Positions 49,442 to 59,443 of a stretch of DNA of 64,000 bases are shown here, in pieces. The notes beneath the pieces were generated by a model. It was not told the DNA's origin, did no database searches, and was given only the letters and a program-made list of their open reading frames with translations. The stretch comes from an uncultured Bacteroidia bacterium. Lineage in GTDB: Bacteria > Bacteroidota > Bacteroidia > J057 > CALLMJ01. The position numbers were made by a program, and so were the translations under genes. The DNA lies in NCBI GenBank assembly GCA_938005475.1, contig CALLNY010000031.1, positions 64,001 to 128,000 on the forward strand. Direction: 5' to 3'. Positions within the stretch are counted from its first letter, which is position 1. Each line of letters starts with the position of its first letter.

Positions 49442-52400
49442 ATGATGAAGGCTTGTCTAATTCTAAAGCTATCTATATTGATTATAGGAATAGTTCATTC
49501 GCAAAACAGTTTTTATACTAAACATTTTAATCCAAAAGAATATAATGCGGCACCAATAATATGGAATATTCAACAAGATGCAAGGGGGCTATTATTTATG
49601 GCTAATAATAAAGGAGTTCTGATTTTTGATGGTTCCTGGAAGCTCATACCTACTCCAACACCAGTACGTTCCTTGTTTATTACTAAGAGTAATCAAATTT
49701 TAGTGGGTTGCAAATCGGATTTTGGTATTCTCGATTATCAGAAAAATGGTTCTTATTACTATAAATCTTGGCGAACTTTTCTGAATAAACAAGACCAACT
49801 TCTCATTAAAGATGTAGAAAAAATTTATCAAAATGCGGATGCTACGGTTTATATTACGGATAATGTGGTTTTTCGTGCGGTGGATAATGGGCAGATTAAG
49901 AACTTTCAGAAATTTGTTTTAGAGGATAGAGTGTTAGGATCAGGAATGGTTAATAATAAAATATGGATTAACATCAATGGTAAGGGTTTGCATGAGGTGG
50001 ATAGAGAGTTAAAACCTGTGCCTGGTGGGGGTATCTTTAAAGACCAAGAGATTTCTGGAATAACCCAAAATATCAGTGGGAATTATTATATTGCTACTTA
50101 TGAAGGGAATTTATACGTTTATGATGGCAATTTTCGTGTTATCAACACCAGTGCAGATGCCTATTTAAAAGTAAATAAAATTTACGATATAACTGCAGTG
50201 GGAGATAATATAGGGATTGCTACCATGAAGGGTGGTGCTGTCTATGTAAATAGAAAGGAAAATTTAGCTTATTTTTTTAATAAAGAAAATGGTTTCCCAG
50301 ATAATGATATGTATTCTATCTTCTCAGATAGAGAAAACAATTTGTGGTTAGGACATGGAAAAGGGCTTTCGAAAGTTGGGATTGATATTCCCGTCAAGGT
50401 TTATACTGCTTTGCATGGGTTACAAGGGAGAATATCTGATATTTTACATGTAAATGGTATTACTTATGTTTCAACTTCGCAGGGGGTATTTTATATAAAG
50501 AATAACAAAGTGGAGCGAGTAGGTGGAATTACGAGTGAGGCGTGGTATCTACTTAATCTTAATAATAGTGTTTTAGTAGCAACGAATCAAGGGGTTTTTG
50601 ATATCACAGGAGGCAGTACAAAACCTGTTGTGTCCAATGATTACACCGTAAAAATTATACCTTCTGTCCAGAATAATTATGCTTATGTTTTAGCTTTACC
50701 GGGACTTTATAGAATCAAAAATGAAGCAGGTTGGAAACAAGAAAAAAAATTTAATGAAGTAAAAATGGAGTTGAACTCGGTTGAAGAGGAGAGTGAGGGT
50801 AAATTATGGGCAGGAACAGCTGTTCAGGGGGTTTTTTTACTTGAAATAAGTGATGCCGTTAAAATTTCTCGGTATGACACCAGTGCAGGTCTTCCTGAAG
50901 GTAGTATATCCGTTTTTAAGTATCAATCTAAAATTTATTTTAAATCTAAAGCAGGAATTTATCATTTTCAAAATAACCGCTTTCAGATTCATAATGAGTT
51001 AACCAATTTATTGAAGGATTTTGATTTTGATATTGTTAATGATAAAATATGGATAAAAAATGATGCGGGTTATATTGCATTGAATAATGGGCAACTAGAT
51101 TCTATAGGTTATCATAACATACTACAACAAAAACCTGATATCGGTTTTGCAACAGATAATATGGTTTTTCTGGGGTTTGCAGACGTATTATTGATTGCTC
51201 AAAAACAAAATTCCATTTCTAGTACTTTCCAGTGTTTTATTAGAGAGGTTAAAATTGGTAAAGATTCTGTATTCTTTGGAGGTAACTACCTTAACAAAGA
51301 GGGTTTATTTCAGACTACACAACAAGATAACTTTAAGCCTTCTATTCTATATTCTCAAAATCAAATTCATATAGAACTCGGTACGAATAGTTTTATCAAT
51401 GAATCTGCAAATCGTTACAAATACATTATAGAAGGATTAGGAGAATGGTCTGATTGGCAGGCATCACCTATTATACAGATAAGTGGTATTAGTGAAGGGA
51501 ATTATATTTTAAAAGTTATAGCCAAAAATGCCTATGGGCAAATTAGTGAACCGGTGGTTTTTGAGTTTAAGGTTTTGCCTCCGTGGTATAGGAGTATATG
51601 GACTTATTTGCTGGCGGCATCCTTATTAGCTTTTGCAGTTTATTGGATTATACGTTACAATAGTAAACGATTGGAGGCAGAAAATAGACGTTTGGATAAC
51701 ATTGTAAAAGAAAGAACGGCACAAGTAGAAAAACAAAAACAAGAAATAGAACAGGCTTATAATACGCTCAAGTCTACGCAAGAACAATTAGTACAGTCTG
51801 AAAAAATGGCTTTTTTGGGTCAGTTAGTAGCTGGGATAGCTCATGAAATCAATACGCCTATTGGTGCAGTGAATGCCTCCGCAACTAATATCAATAAAGT
51901 ATTGCCATTAACGATTAGTAAACTGCCTGAAGTCCTCAAAACATTAAATGAAGAAGAGTTAAAACTCTTTAATCAGATGACCGAGCAAATTTTAGGGTTC
52001 AATACTACGCTGACCTCTCGTGAAGAAAGGCAGTTTAAAAAAGAACTTTCACAAAAATTAGAAACAATGGGAGTAGATACTAATTTATCTGCAGAATTAG
52101 TAAAAGTAGGCTTGATTGAGAATATTGAAAAATATAAAGACCTATTTAGTCATCCTAAAGGAGTAGAAATTGTTAATGCAGCGGCGAATTTGGGGAAAAT
52201 CAAGAAAAACGTAGATACTATTGAAACGGCGGTAGCCAAAACTCAAAAGATTGTCTTTGCTTTAAAATCTTATTCTTATAAATCTCATGATGAACAAGCT
52301 GTTGAAATTGATGTTGCTGAAAATATGAGAACAATTCTGACCATTTATGGTAATCAGCTCAAGCATGGTGTAGAGTTAATAACAAACTTTGAGGAGAATC

Positions 52401-52735
52401 TACCGATGATAAAAGGCTGGCCTGATGAATTAAGTCAAGTATGGACGAACATCATTCATAATGCATTGCAAGCAATGGACAATAAAGGGAAACTCCAAAT
52501 AGATATTCTAAAAGAAAATAACGGTATTTTAGTGAAAATAACCGATTCAGGACCGGGTATTCCAAAAGAAATTCAAGATAAAATTTTCCAACCTTTCTTT
52601 ACTACCAAAAAACAAGGTGAGGGTTCTGGTTTAGGGTTAGATATTTGTAGAAAAATCGTTGAAAAACATAAAGGTAAAATATGGGTAGATTCCGAACCTG
52701 GTAGAACTACCTTTTTAGTTTGGTTACCTTTATAA
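49442..52735 (+). CDS. hybrid-architecture sensor histidine kinase with periplasmic two-component-regulator beta-propeller/Y_Y_Y domains
   Basis: Signal peptide, long propeller-like extracytoplasmic region, TM (...YLLAASLLAFAVYWII...), coiled coil, HisKA (...AGIAHEINTPIG...) and HATPase_c (...DSGPGIPKE...GSGLGL...). 1097 aa. Confidence 0.8.
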   Translation: MMKACLILKLSILIIGIVHSQNSFYTKHFNPKEYNAAPIIWNIQQDARGLLFMANNKGVLIFDGSWKLIPTPTPVRSLFITKSNQILVGCKSDFGILDYQKNGSYYYKSWRTFLNKQDQLLIKDVEKIYQNADATVYITDNVVFRAVDNGQIKNFQKFVLEDRVLGSGMVNNKIWININGKGLHEVDRELKPVPGGGIFKDQEISGITQNISGNYYIATYEGNLYVYDGNFRVINTSADAYLKVNKIYDITAVGDNIGIATMKGGAVYVNRKENLAYFFNKENGFPDNDMYSIFSDRENNLWLGHGKGLSKVGIDIPVKVYTALHGLQGRISDILHVNGITYVSTSQGVFYIKNNKVERVGGITSEAWYLLNLNNSVLVATNQGVFDITGGSTKPVVSNDYTVKIIPSVQNNYAYVLALPGLYRIKNEAGWKQEKKFNEVKMELNSVEEESEGKLWAGTAVQGVFLLEISDAVKISRYDTSAGLPEGSISVFKYQSKIYFKSKAGIYHFQNNRFQIHNELTNLLKDFDFDIVNDKIWIKNDAGYIALNNGQLDSIGYHNILQQKPDIGFATDNMVFLGFADVLLIAQKQNSISSTFQCFIREVKIGKDSVFFGGNYLNKEGLFQTTQQDNFKPSILYSQNQIHIELGTNSFINESANRYKYIIEGLGEWSDWQASPIIQISGISEGNYILKVIAKNAYGQISEPVVFEFKVLPPWYRSIWTYLLAASLLAFAVYWIIRYNSKRLEAENRRLDNIVKERTAQVEKQKQEIEQAYNTLKSTQEQLVQSEKMAFLGQLVAGIAHEINTPIGAVNASATNINKVLPLTISKLPEVLKTLNEEELKLFNQMTEQILGFNTTLTSREERQFKKELSQKLETMGVDTNLSAELVKVGLIENIEKYKDLFSHPKGVEIVNAAANLGKIKKNVDTIETAVAKTQKIVFALKSYSYKSHDEQAVEIDVAENMRTILTIYGNQLKHGVELITNFEENLPMIKGWPDELSQVWTNIIHNALQAMDNKGKLQIDILKENNGILVKITDSGPGIPKEIQDKIFQPFFTTKKQGEGSGLGLDICRKIVEKHKGKIWVDSEPGRTTFLVWLPL

Positions 52736-52767
52736 ATTTTTATTTGACAAAATGAAATTTTTTCCTT

Positions 52768-52775
52768 TATATTTG
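52768..52775 (+). promoter_or_regulatory. -7 element TATATTTG upstream of the response-regulator gene
   Basis: Exact TAnnTTTG match 19 nt upstream of the ATG at 52795. Confidence 0.4.
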
Positions 52776-52794
52776 CAATCCAAAGATAAATATA

Positions 52795-53208
52795 ATGGCG
52801 AAAGTAAAAAAAGCTATTCTTTGTGTAGATGATGAGAAAATTGTTTTAGATAGCCTTCAAGAGCAACTTCACGTAGCTTTTGGAGATACATTTCAATATG
52901 AAATTGCAGAGAGCGTGGATGAGGCGTGGGAAGTAATTGATGATTTAGTCAATGAAGGATACGAAATGGTTTTAATCATATCAGATTGGTTAATGCCTCG
53001 TGTAAAAGGTGATGAATTTCTAATTGATGTGCATGAAAGATATCCCGCAACTGTAACGGTTATGTTAACTGGGCAAGCTGACCCTGAGGCTATACAAAAT
53101 GCTTATCAAAATGCTAATTTATATGCGTATATTAAAAAACCCTGGAAAGAAGAAGACTTAATCGCAAAAGTTAAGGAGGCTTTTGGTAAGTTAGGAATGG
53201 ATGTTTAA
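52795..53208 (+). CDS. single-domain response regulator (CheY-like receiver)
   Basis: ...ILCVDDEKIVLDSLQ...LIISDWLMP...TGQADP...KPW... receiver-domain landmarks. 137 aa. Confidence 0.8.
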   Translation: MAKVKKAILCVDDEKIVLDSLQEQLHVAFGDTFQYEIAESVDEAWEVIDDLVNEGYEMVLIISDWLMPRVKGDEFLIDVHERYPATVTVMLTGQADPEAIQNAYQNANLYAYIKKPWKEEDLIAKVKEAFGKLGMDV

Positions 53209-53217
53209 TCATGCTGA

Positions 53218-54915
53218 ATGAAAAAACTAAATATCCTTTGCGTTGACGATGAAAAAATTATTTTAGATAGTCTACAAGAGCAAATTGTTAATCGTCTCGG
53301 AAAAGAATTTGATTGCGAGCTTGCAGAGGGGGGAGAAGAAGCATTGGAATTAATACAGGATATTCTTTCGGATAAGGGGGATATTGCTGTGGTTATCTCC
53401 GACCAACTCATGCCAGGTATGACAGGTGACGAGTTTTTGATTAAAGCTCATGCTCTTATACCTAATACTCCCAAGATATTGCTTACGGGTCAAGCAGGTA
53501 TTGATGCAGTAAAAAATGCTATCAATAAAGCAAGACTATATCGCTATGTAAATAAACCATGGGAAGAAAATGATTTAATGCTTACTATTGAAGAAGCCGC
53601 AAGAGCATATCAAAGACACTTACAAATGCAGGAGTATAATAGGCTTCTTCGAAATCTTAACAAAGCAAGCCAAGAAATCTCCGGAGAAATTGATTATCAA
53701 TTGTTAGTGAATAAACTTATGACTAATGTGGTCCTAACAATTGGTACTGAAACGGGTTATTTGCTTACTAGTAATAATCAAAAATTGAAATTAGAAGCCG
53801 CTTATGCTCTCTCTCATAAAGAATTTGAATGGATTTCTAATGAAATAAAAAATAATTATGAAGAATTTAATCATCAAATAAGCCAAAAGTTAGTTAAGTT
53901 GATTGAAGGTGATGCCCCTGAACATACTTTTGTTGCTCCGATAACCAAGAAAGGTAAAAATCTAGGATTTATATTATTAGAAAATAAAAACACAAAAACT
54001 GCTTTTAATGCTTATCAAAAGGAGGTTATACAGATGCTTGCTTCTCAAGCCGCAATTTCACTTGATAATTCCACTCTTTACAAGCGAATTGAAGAGCGTA
54101 ATAAGCAATTGGAGGAAACCAAGAAAATAATTGAAGAAAAAAATAAAGATATCCTTGACTCCATACGATATGCAAGGAGAATTCAAGAGGCTATAATGCC
54201 TGAAAAAGAATTACTGAACATTTACTTTCCAGAATCTTTTATTTTTTATCAACCTAAAGATATAGTATCAGGAGATTTTTATTGGTTTTTAGAAAAGTAT
54301 CATAAATTTTTTATTGCCGCTGTAGATTGCACGGGACATGGCGTGCCGGGTGCCTTTATGTCGGTAATCGGTAGTAATTTATTAAATCAAATCTTGAATG
54401 AATATTCTATTTTAGAGCCAGAAGCTATTTTAGATCATCTCAATTTTAGGGTACAAGCCGCCCTTAAACAAGACCAAAACGCAGAAACAAAAGATGGAAT
54501 GGACGTTGCCTTTTGTAGTATTGACCAAGAGAATGATTTATTACAATATGCAGGAGCTAATCGTCCTTTATGGCTTGTAAGAAATGGAGAAATAATTAAG
54601 TATGAAGCAGATAAAATCCCTATTGGTGGAGGGCAATTTGGGCATATGTCATATAAGGGGCATACTATACCCGTACAGGAAGGAGATATCATTTATATTT
54701 TTACTGACGGTATCGTAGACCAATTCGGCGGTGAACAAAATAAAAAATTTACTTCTAAGCGTTTTGCGGATTTAATTCTTTCTATTAGCCATCTTTCTAT
54801 GCAAGAACAAATGCAAAACATAAAAAATACTTTTATGGAATGGAAAGGAAAAGAAGAGCAAACCGATGACGTGCTAGTTATAGGTATTCGATATAATTCT
54901 TCTTCAAACGATTAA
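53218..54915 (+). CDS. response regulator receiver fused to GAF-like region and PP2C/SpoIIE-type serine phosphatase
   Basis: N-terminal receiver (...ILCVDDEKIILDSLQ...VISDQLMPGMTGDEF...) and C-terminal ...IVSGDFYWFLEK...AAVDCTGHGVPGAFMSVIG...TDGIVDQFGG...DDVLVIGIRY, closely paralogous to the PP2C domain at 12390-14348. Confidence 0.8.
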   Translation: MKKLNILCVDDEKIILDSLQEQIVNRLGKEFDCELAEGGEEALELIQDILSDKGDIAVVISDQLMPGMTGDEFLIKAHALIPNTPKILLTGQAGIDAVKNAINKARLYRYVNKPWEENDLMLTIEEAARAYQRHLQMQEYNRLLRNLNKASQEISGEIDYQLLVNKLMTNVVLTIGTETGYLLTSNNQKLKLEAAYALSHKEFEWISNEIKNNYEEFNHQISQKLVKLIEGDAPEHTFVAPITKKGKNLGFILLENKNTKTAFNAYQKEVIQMLASQAAISLDNSTLYKRIEERNKQLEETKKIIEEKNKDILDSIRYARRIQEAIMPEKELLNIYFPESFIFYQPKDIVSGDFYWFLEKYHKFFIAAVDCTGHGVPGAFMSVIGSNLLNQILNEYSILEPEAILDHLNFRVQAALKQDQNAETKDGMDVAFCSIDQENDLLQYAGANRPLWLVRNGEIIKYEADKIPIGGGQFGHMSYKGHTIPVQEGDIIYIFTDGIVDQFGGEQNKKFTSKRFADLILSISHLSMQEQMQNIKNTFMEWKGKEEQTDDVLVIGIRYNSSSND

Positions 54916-54916
54916 A

Positions 54917-55576
54917 TTATATAGTAGTATTATCAATTGGGTTTGTTTTAGATTTTATATTCAGTAGGGGTTTTGTTTGTTTTTCATTTTTGGGGTTTTG
55001 TGGGGAAGAATCGTTTTGTATTGCATTTAATTTAGCTTGTTTTTTAGCTAACTCATATTCTTGCCATTCTTTTCTTTTTATTTCGGCTTGTTCTGCGGTA
55101 ATGTTTTCCCAATGAAAATTCATTTCTGATAATTGGGTGGTCGGATAGTCATAATTTGAGGTCATAACCAGGCATTCTGTTGGGCAAACTACGGTACAAA
55201 GACCACAAAAACAGCATTTAGCCATATCTATATCAAATTTGGGTAAATACAATTTCTTTTTTGTTCCATCAGAAGTAACTCCTAAATCTTCAATGGAGCG
55301 AATAGTTTCAATTGTAATGCAATTAACAGGGCATATTCTTGCACATTGATCACAGCCTATACAATCTTCAATATCCAGATGTAACTGATATCTACCAATA
55401 TCCGGAACAGGAATTTGCTCTCTTGGATATTTAATGGTTACTAAACCTTCTTTTTCTTGGAAGAAGTTTGGGCTTTCTATGGAACTTGGTGCTTTTCTGG
55501 TATTCAGTTTTTTTAGATGCTGAAAAGTTAATAATAGCCCTGACCATAGCTTAGAAAGGTAACTTAGCCATTTCAT
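54917..55576 (-). CDS. nuoI: NADH-quinone oxidoreductase subunit I (2x[4Fe-4S]) with C-terminal K/E-rich extension
   Basis: ...VTIKYPREQIPVPDIGRYQLHLDIEDCIGCDQCARICPVNCI...CCFCGLCTVVCPTECL... gives the NuoI N-terminal motif and two ferredoxin-type Cys clusters. Confidence 0.7.
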   Translation of the reverse strand: MKWLSYLSKLWSGLLLTFQHLKKLNTRKAPSSIESPNFFQEKEGLVTIKYPREQIPVPDIGRYQLHLDIEDCIGCDQCARICPVNCITIETIRSIEDLGVTSDGTKKKLYLPKFDIDMAKCCFCGLCTVVCPTECLVMTSNYDYPTTQLSEMNFHWENITAEQAEIKRKEWQEYELAKKQAKLNAIQNDSSPQNPKNEKQTKPLLNIKSKTNPIDNTTI

Positions 55577-56685
55577 ATTTTGGGATGCTTTACGATATAA
55601 TTTACAATCCAGTCTTTAAGTTCATTTACATGGATATTTTCAAGAGTAGAAATGAACATTTTGTCTATGCAAGGGATAGCGTTTGTGAGGATTTCTATAT
55701 CTGCTATTTGTTCAGGGGAAAGCAAGTCAGTTTTATTAAGCACAAGCAGGATAGGTAGAGTATGAGCATCTAAACTTTGTAGTGTTTTTTGAACGGTTTC
55801 TATATGTTGCATCCAATTAGGATGACTGATATCTACTACATGAAGTAATAGGTCTGCATTTTTGACTTCCATTAAAGTACTTTTAAAGGATTCTATAAGA
55901 TGGTGAGGTAGTTTTTTGATAAAACCGACCGTATCCGATAAAAGAAATTCAGTTTGTTTCCAAACTACTTTTCTTGTTGTGGTATCTAATGTTGCGAATA
56001 ATTTATTTTCTGATAGTACCTTTGATTTGGCTATTAAGTTCATTAGAGAGGATTTTCCTGCATTCGTATAACCTACCAAAGTAACACGAAATTGGCTTTC
56101 TCTTTTTTTTCGTTGAACTTCCGAAATTTTCTCAATATTTTTAAGTTCATTTTTTAGTTGAGCTATCCGATTGCGAATTAAACGTTTATCAGTTTCTAGT
56201 TCTTTTTCTCCTGCACCTGATTTAGAACCTATACCTCCTCTTTGCCTTTCTAGGTGTGTCCACATACGAGTTAATCGGGGTAACATGTATTGTAATTTCG
56301 CTAACTCAACTTGTACTTTGGCTTGGGAGGTTTTTGCATTATTAGAGAAAATTTCAAGAATTAAAAGGCTTCTATCCATAATTTTACATTTCAGTACTTT
56401 TTCAAGATTTTTGGTTTGAGAAGGAGTCAAGTCATCATCAAAGATGCTGATATCAACTTGATTTTCTAAAATAAATTGAGCGATTTCTTTGGATTTTCCT
56501 TTACCAATATAAGTTTTTACATCTGGAACTTTTAGGGTTTGAAGGAATTCTCGTAATACTTTTGCTTGATACGTTTCTACTAATTGTTTTAATTCTTCTA
56601 AATCTTCATTGGCTTTTTGTATATCTGGATTCACTGTGATGAGTATAACTTTGGGTAGTTTTGGGGAGTTATCAATCATATTCAA
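55573..56685 (-). CDS. hflX: GTPase HflX
   Basis: HflX N-terminal domain and G-domain ...VTLVGYTNAGKSSLMN...DTVGF...LNKTD... Confidence 0.8.
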   Translation of the reverse strand: MNMIDNSPKLPKVILITVNPDIQKANEDLEELKQLVETYQAKVLREFLQTLKVPDVKTYIGKGKSKEIAQFILENQVDISIFDDDLTPSQTKNLEKVLKCKIMDRSLLILEIFSNNAKTSQAKVQVELAKLQYMLPRLTRMWTHLERQRGGIGSKSGAGEKELETDKRLIRNRIAQLKNELKNIEKISEVQRKKRESQFRVTLVGYTNAGKSSLMNLIAKSKVLSENKLFATLDTTTRKVVWKQTEFLLSDTVGFIKKLPHHLIESFKSTLMEVKNADLLLHVVDISHPNWMQHIETVQKTLQSLDAHTLPILLVLNKTDLLSPEQIADIEILTNAIPCIDKMFISTLENIHVNELKDWIVNYIVKHPKI

Positions 56686-57073
56686 AATGAATGATTTGTT
56701 GAATTTCGGGGGATAAACTTTTTGCTACGGGGCAGTTTCGTGCCGCATTTTCTAGGATAATTTTTTGTTTATCCGTTAAATTTCCTGTGATTTTGATTTT
56801 TGCATGAAGCTCACCTATTCTTCTTGGCTCTGCATACATAATTTTAGTTACTTCACCGTTAATTTGGGCTTCAATAGAATGTTTTTTCATAATTATTCCC
56901 ATAATAGTAAACATACAGGATAACCAAGCCGTTGCAACTAAATCGGTTGGAGAGAATGATTCACCTTTACCCTGATTATCAAGTGGTGCATCTGTAACAA
57001 TCTCGTTACCAGAGAGTACATGCATGCAGATTGTTCGTAAATCTCCTTGATAAACAACTTGTGCAGTAGGCAT
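56672..57073 (-). CDS. OsmC/Ohr-family protein
   Basis: 133 aa ...FSPTDLVATAWLSCMFTIMG...NCPVAKSL.... Typical OsmC-like fold with conserved Cys. Confidence 0.7.
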   Translation of the reverse strand: MPTAQVVYQGDLRTICMHVLSGNEIVTDAPLDNQGKGESFSPTDLVATAWLSCMFTIMGIIMKKHSIEAQINGEVTKIMYAEPRRIGELHAKIKITGNLTDKQKIILENAARNCPVAKSLSPEIQQIIHFEYD

Positions 57074-57076
57074 TTA

Positions 57077-57472
57077 TTAGTTAATGAAAGCAGGGCAAGA
57101 CATAGTAAATTCTGGAATTTTAACGATAAATGTTTTAGCGGTATGCAGATTAATCATTTTATAAATGCCTTCCATCTTACCGAAGGGAGTTTTAAAATGG
57201 GAACCACTGATGTAGGTATATTTTTGATTAGGTTGAAGAATAGGTTGTTCTCCTACTACGCCTAGTCCACTTACATGCCTTTTGTTGAAAAGAGCATCAG
57301 TTATAATCCATTTTCGTGATAGGAGTTGTATAGGAAAGTCATTATGATTTTCAATGGTTATCTCATAAGCAAAAACGAAATTATTTTCATCGATGTTAGA
57401 TTGTTCAGGGACGAAAATAGATCGTACTTGAATGGTTACGCCATTCGTTGTGAGAGTATCTAGATGATTCAT
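57077..57472 (-). CDS. apaG: ApaG (DUF525) domain protein
   Basis: ...[15 protein letters not shown]...[12 protein letters not shown]...[12 protein letters not shown]...[11 protein letters not shown]... matches ApaG. Confidence 0.8.
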   Translation of the reverse strand: MNHLDTLTTNGVTIQVRSIFVPEQSNIDENNFVFAYEITIENHNDFPIQLLSRKWIITDALFNKRHVSGLGVVGEQPILQPNQKYTYISGSHFKTPFGKMEGIYKMINLHTAKTFIVKIPEFTMSCPAFIN

Positions 57473-57951
57473 GCTTTTAATACAGAATGTTCTTTAATAA
57501 TTTTTTCTTGTAAGGTCATTAGAGCGTGGAGGACGGTTTCGGGTCTTGGAGGGCAACCGGGGATATAAATATCTACGGGAATGATGTTGTCAATTCCTTG
57601 CATAACACCATAAACTCTGTGCATACCTCCTGTTGAAGCGCAGGCTCCCATGGCAATACACCATTTAGGGTCAGGCATTTGATCCCATATCCTTTTAACA
57701 GCATGAGACATCTTGTAGGTAGTCCAACCGGCTACTATCATCACATCGGCTTGACGTGGCGAGAAACTGAAACGCTCTGAACCAAAGCGTGCAACATCAA
57801 ATTTAGGACCTGCAAAGGACATCATTTCAATTGCGCAGCATGCTAATCCCATAGGCATCGGCCACAAAGCATTAGCTCTTGCCCAATTCGTGATGGTGTC
57901 TATTGTTGTTGTTATAAAACTTCCCTGTGATAAAACTTTATCTAATGACAT
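57469..57951 (-). CDS. nuoB: NADH-quinone oxidoreductase subunit B
   Basis: ...[13 protein letters not shown]...GACASTGGM...IPGCPPRPE... NuoB [4Fe-4S] N2 cluster motifs. Confidence 0.9.
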   Translation of the reverse strand: MSLDKVLSQGSFITTTIDTITNWARANALWPMPMGLACCAIEMMSFAGPKFDVARFGSERFSFSPRQADVMIVAGWTTYKMSHAVKRIWDQMPDPKWCIAMGACASTGGMHRVYGVMQGIDNIIPVDIYIPGCPPRPETVLHALMTLQEKIIKEHSVLKA

Positions 57952-57976
57952 AACAATCTCTATCTAATTTAATAAT

Positions 57977-58402
57977 TTAATTCCAATCTAAACCACCTTT
58001 TTTTACAACGTAAATATACCCAACAAATAAAATCAACACAAAAGAGAACATTTCAATAAAACCGAATATCCCTAATTGTTTATATTGAACAGCCCAAGGA
58101 TACATAAAGATAATTTCTATATCAAAGAGTATAAAAAGCATAGCTATTAAATAGAACTTAATAGAAAAGCGGTCTCTTGCTGTACCGACTGGGTCCATCC
58201 CACTTTCATAAGGCATTACTTTTCTTTCTGTAAAACGTTTTCTTATCAATATGTTTTGTAAATTGCTTAATATCAAGGCTAAACCTAAACCTATTGCAAT
58301 CATGATGAACGCGCCGTAGTACTCTTGCATACGTTTTGAAAATGGTGCTAAATTATAATTCAAACATGGGTTTTGCAAATATTGTTCAAAATAATTTTTC
58401 AT
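57977..58402 (-). CDS. nuoA: NADH-quinone oxidoreductase subunit A
   Basis: Three TM helices with ...YESGMDP... and ...ILFDIEIIFMYPWAV... signatures. Confidence 0.85.
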   Translation of the reverse strand: MKNYFEQYLQNPCLNYNLAPFSKRMQEYYGAFIMIAIGLGLALILSNLQNILIRKRFTERKVMPYESGMDPVGTARDRFSIKFYLIAMLFILFDIEIIFMYPWAVQYKQLGIFGFIEMFSFVLILFVGYIYVVKKGGLDWN

Positions 58403-58476
58403 ATACGTTCAAATTAATTTTAATCTATTGATTTTTAATTTATTACAAATAATATAACATTTTTTAATATTATATT

Positions 58477-58512
58477 GTTGCAAATGCAAATAAGTTGCAT
58501 TATTTTTGCAAC
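58477..58512. promoter_or_regulatory. inverted repeat GTTGCAAA-N20-TTTGCAAC in the nuoA/lipoprotein divergent intergenic region (candidate operator). Overlaps a TATTTTTG -7 element at 58501-58508.
   Basis: Direct reading: 8-bp perfect inverted arms. The inner sequence is also partially symmetric (TGCAAATGCAA / TTGCATT). Confidence 0.3.
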
Positions 58513-58529
58513 AAAATATCACAAATCTT

Positions 58530-59342
58530 ATGAATAAAATTTTCATTTTAGCGTTATTTTTAGGGATAGTATTAGGAGCCTGTAAAAAAGAAAAGAAAGA
58601 AGAGGTGGATACTCAAAAACCCTCTATTACTATCATTAAACCGTCAGAAAATGCCACAGTAACGGGAGGACAAACTCTTCAATTAGAAGTAAAATTTACG
58701 GATAATATGAATTTATCCCAATACAAGTTAGAAGTACATCCCAATTTTGATGGACATACTCATGGTAAAACCAACGAAGAAATGCCAACTCCTTGGGAAT
58801 GGGATACTATCGTGAATATAAATGGAAAGGAACATACCGCAAAATTTAGTATTAGTGTACCCAGTAATGTAAAAGCAGGAAATTATCATTTGATGGCGAT
58901 GTGTACAGATGCGGCGGGATATGAAGCTCCTATTAAATTCATAAATATTAAAGTTTTAAACCCTGATGATACAGTAAATCCTGTTCTAACTCTAACTAAA
59001 CCTTCTATTACAAATGAAAACTTAATACAGTTTGCAACTAACGAAAATGAAAAAGCTATTATTTTTGAGGGGACGTTATCAGATAATAAACGTGTCAAAG
59101 GAATTAAAATTCAGCTCATTGAACATAGACATTCAAAAACTCAACATGGAGAGGATAAAGTAATTTATGAGTACCAAAACTTTAATTTGAATGGGACTTC
59201 TTTTGATTTATCTAATATCACTTTCAAAATCTATCGTGAGGATATGGAAGATAACGGAGAATACGAATTAAAAGTGGTAGGTTACGATTTAGTAGGAAAT
59301 TCCGCAGAAAAAATCGCTGTAATACGAACAAAATTATTTTGA
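58530..59342 (+). CDS. hypothetical lipoprotein (Ig-like beta-rich)
   Basis: MNKIFILALFLGIVLGAC lipobox. The ORF-track start at 58506 is moved to the signal-peptide Met. Confidence 0.45.
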   Translation: MNKIFILALFLGIVLGACKKEKKEEVDTQKPSITIIKPSENATVTGGQTLQLEVKFTDNMNLSQYKLEVHPNFDGHTHGKTNEEMPTPWEWDTIVNINGKEHTAKFSISVPSNVKAGNYHLMAMCTDAAGYEAPIKFINIKVLNPDDTVNPVLTLTKPSITNENLIQFATNENEKAIIFEGTLSDNKRVKGIKIQLIEHRHSKTQHGEDKVIYEYQNFNLNGTSFDLSNITFKIYREDMEDNGEYELKVVGYDLVGNSAEKIAVIRTKLF

Positions 59343-59381
59343 TAATAACTGCTTAATAATAGCAACTTCATTTGTAGTATT

Positions 59382-59408
59382 AAGGCTATCTTAGGATAGC
59401 CTTTTTTA
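59382..59408 (+). terminator. rho-independent terminator after the lipoprotein gene
   Basis: AAGGCTATC-TTAG-GATAGCCTT perfect 9-bp stem followed by a TTTT run. Confidence 0.6.
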
Positions 59409-59443
59409 TTTGTTTATGGGAAACTAAGAAAAGAGAAAAATAC

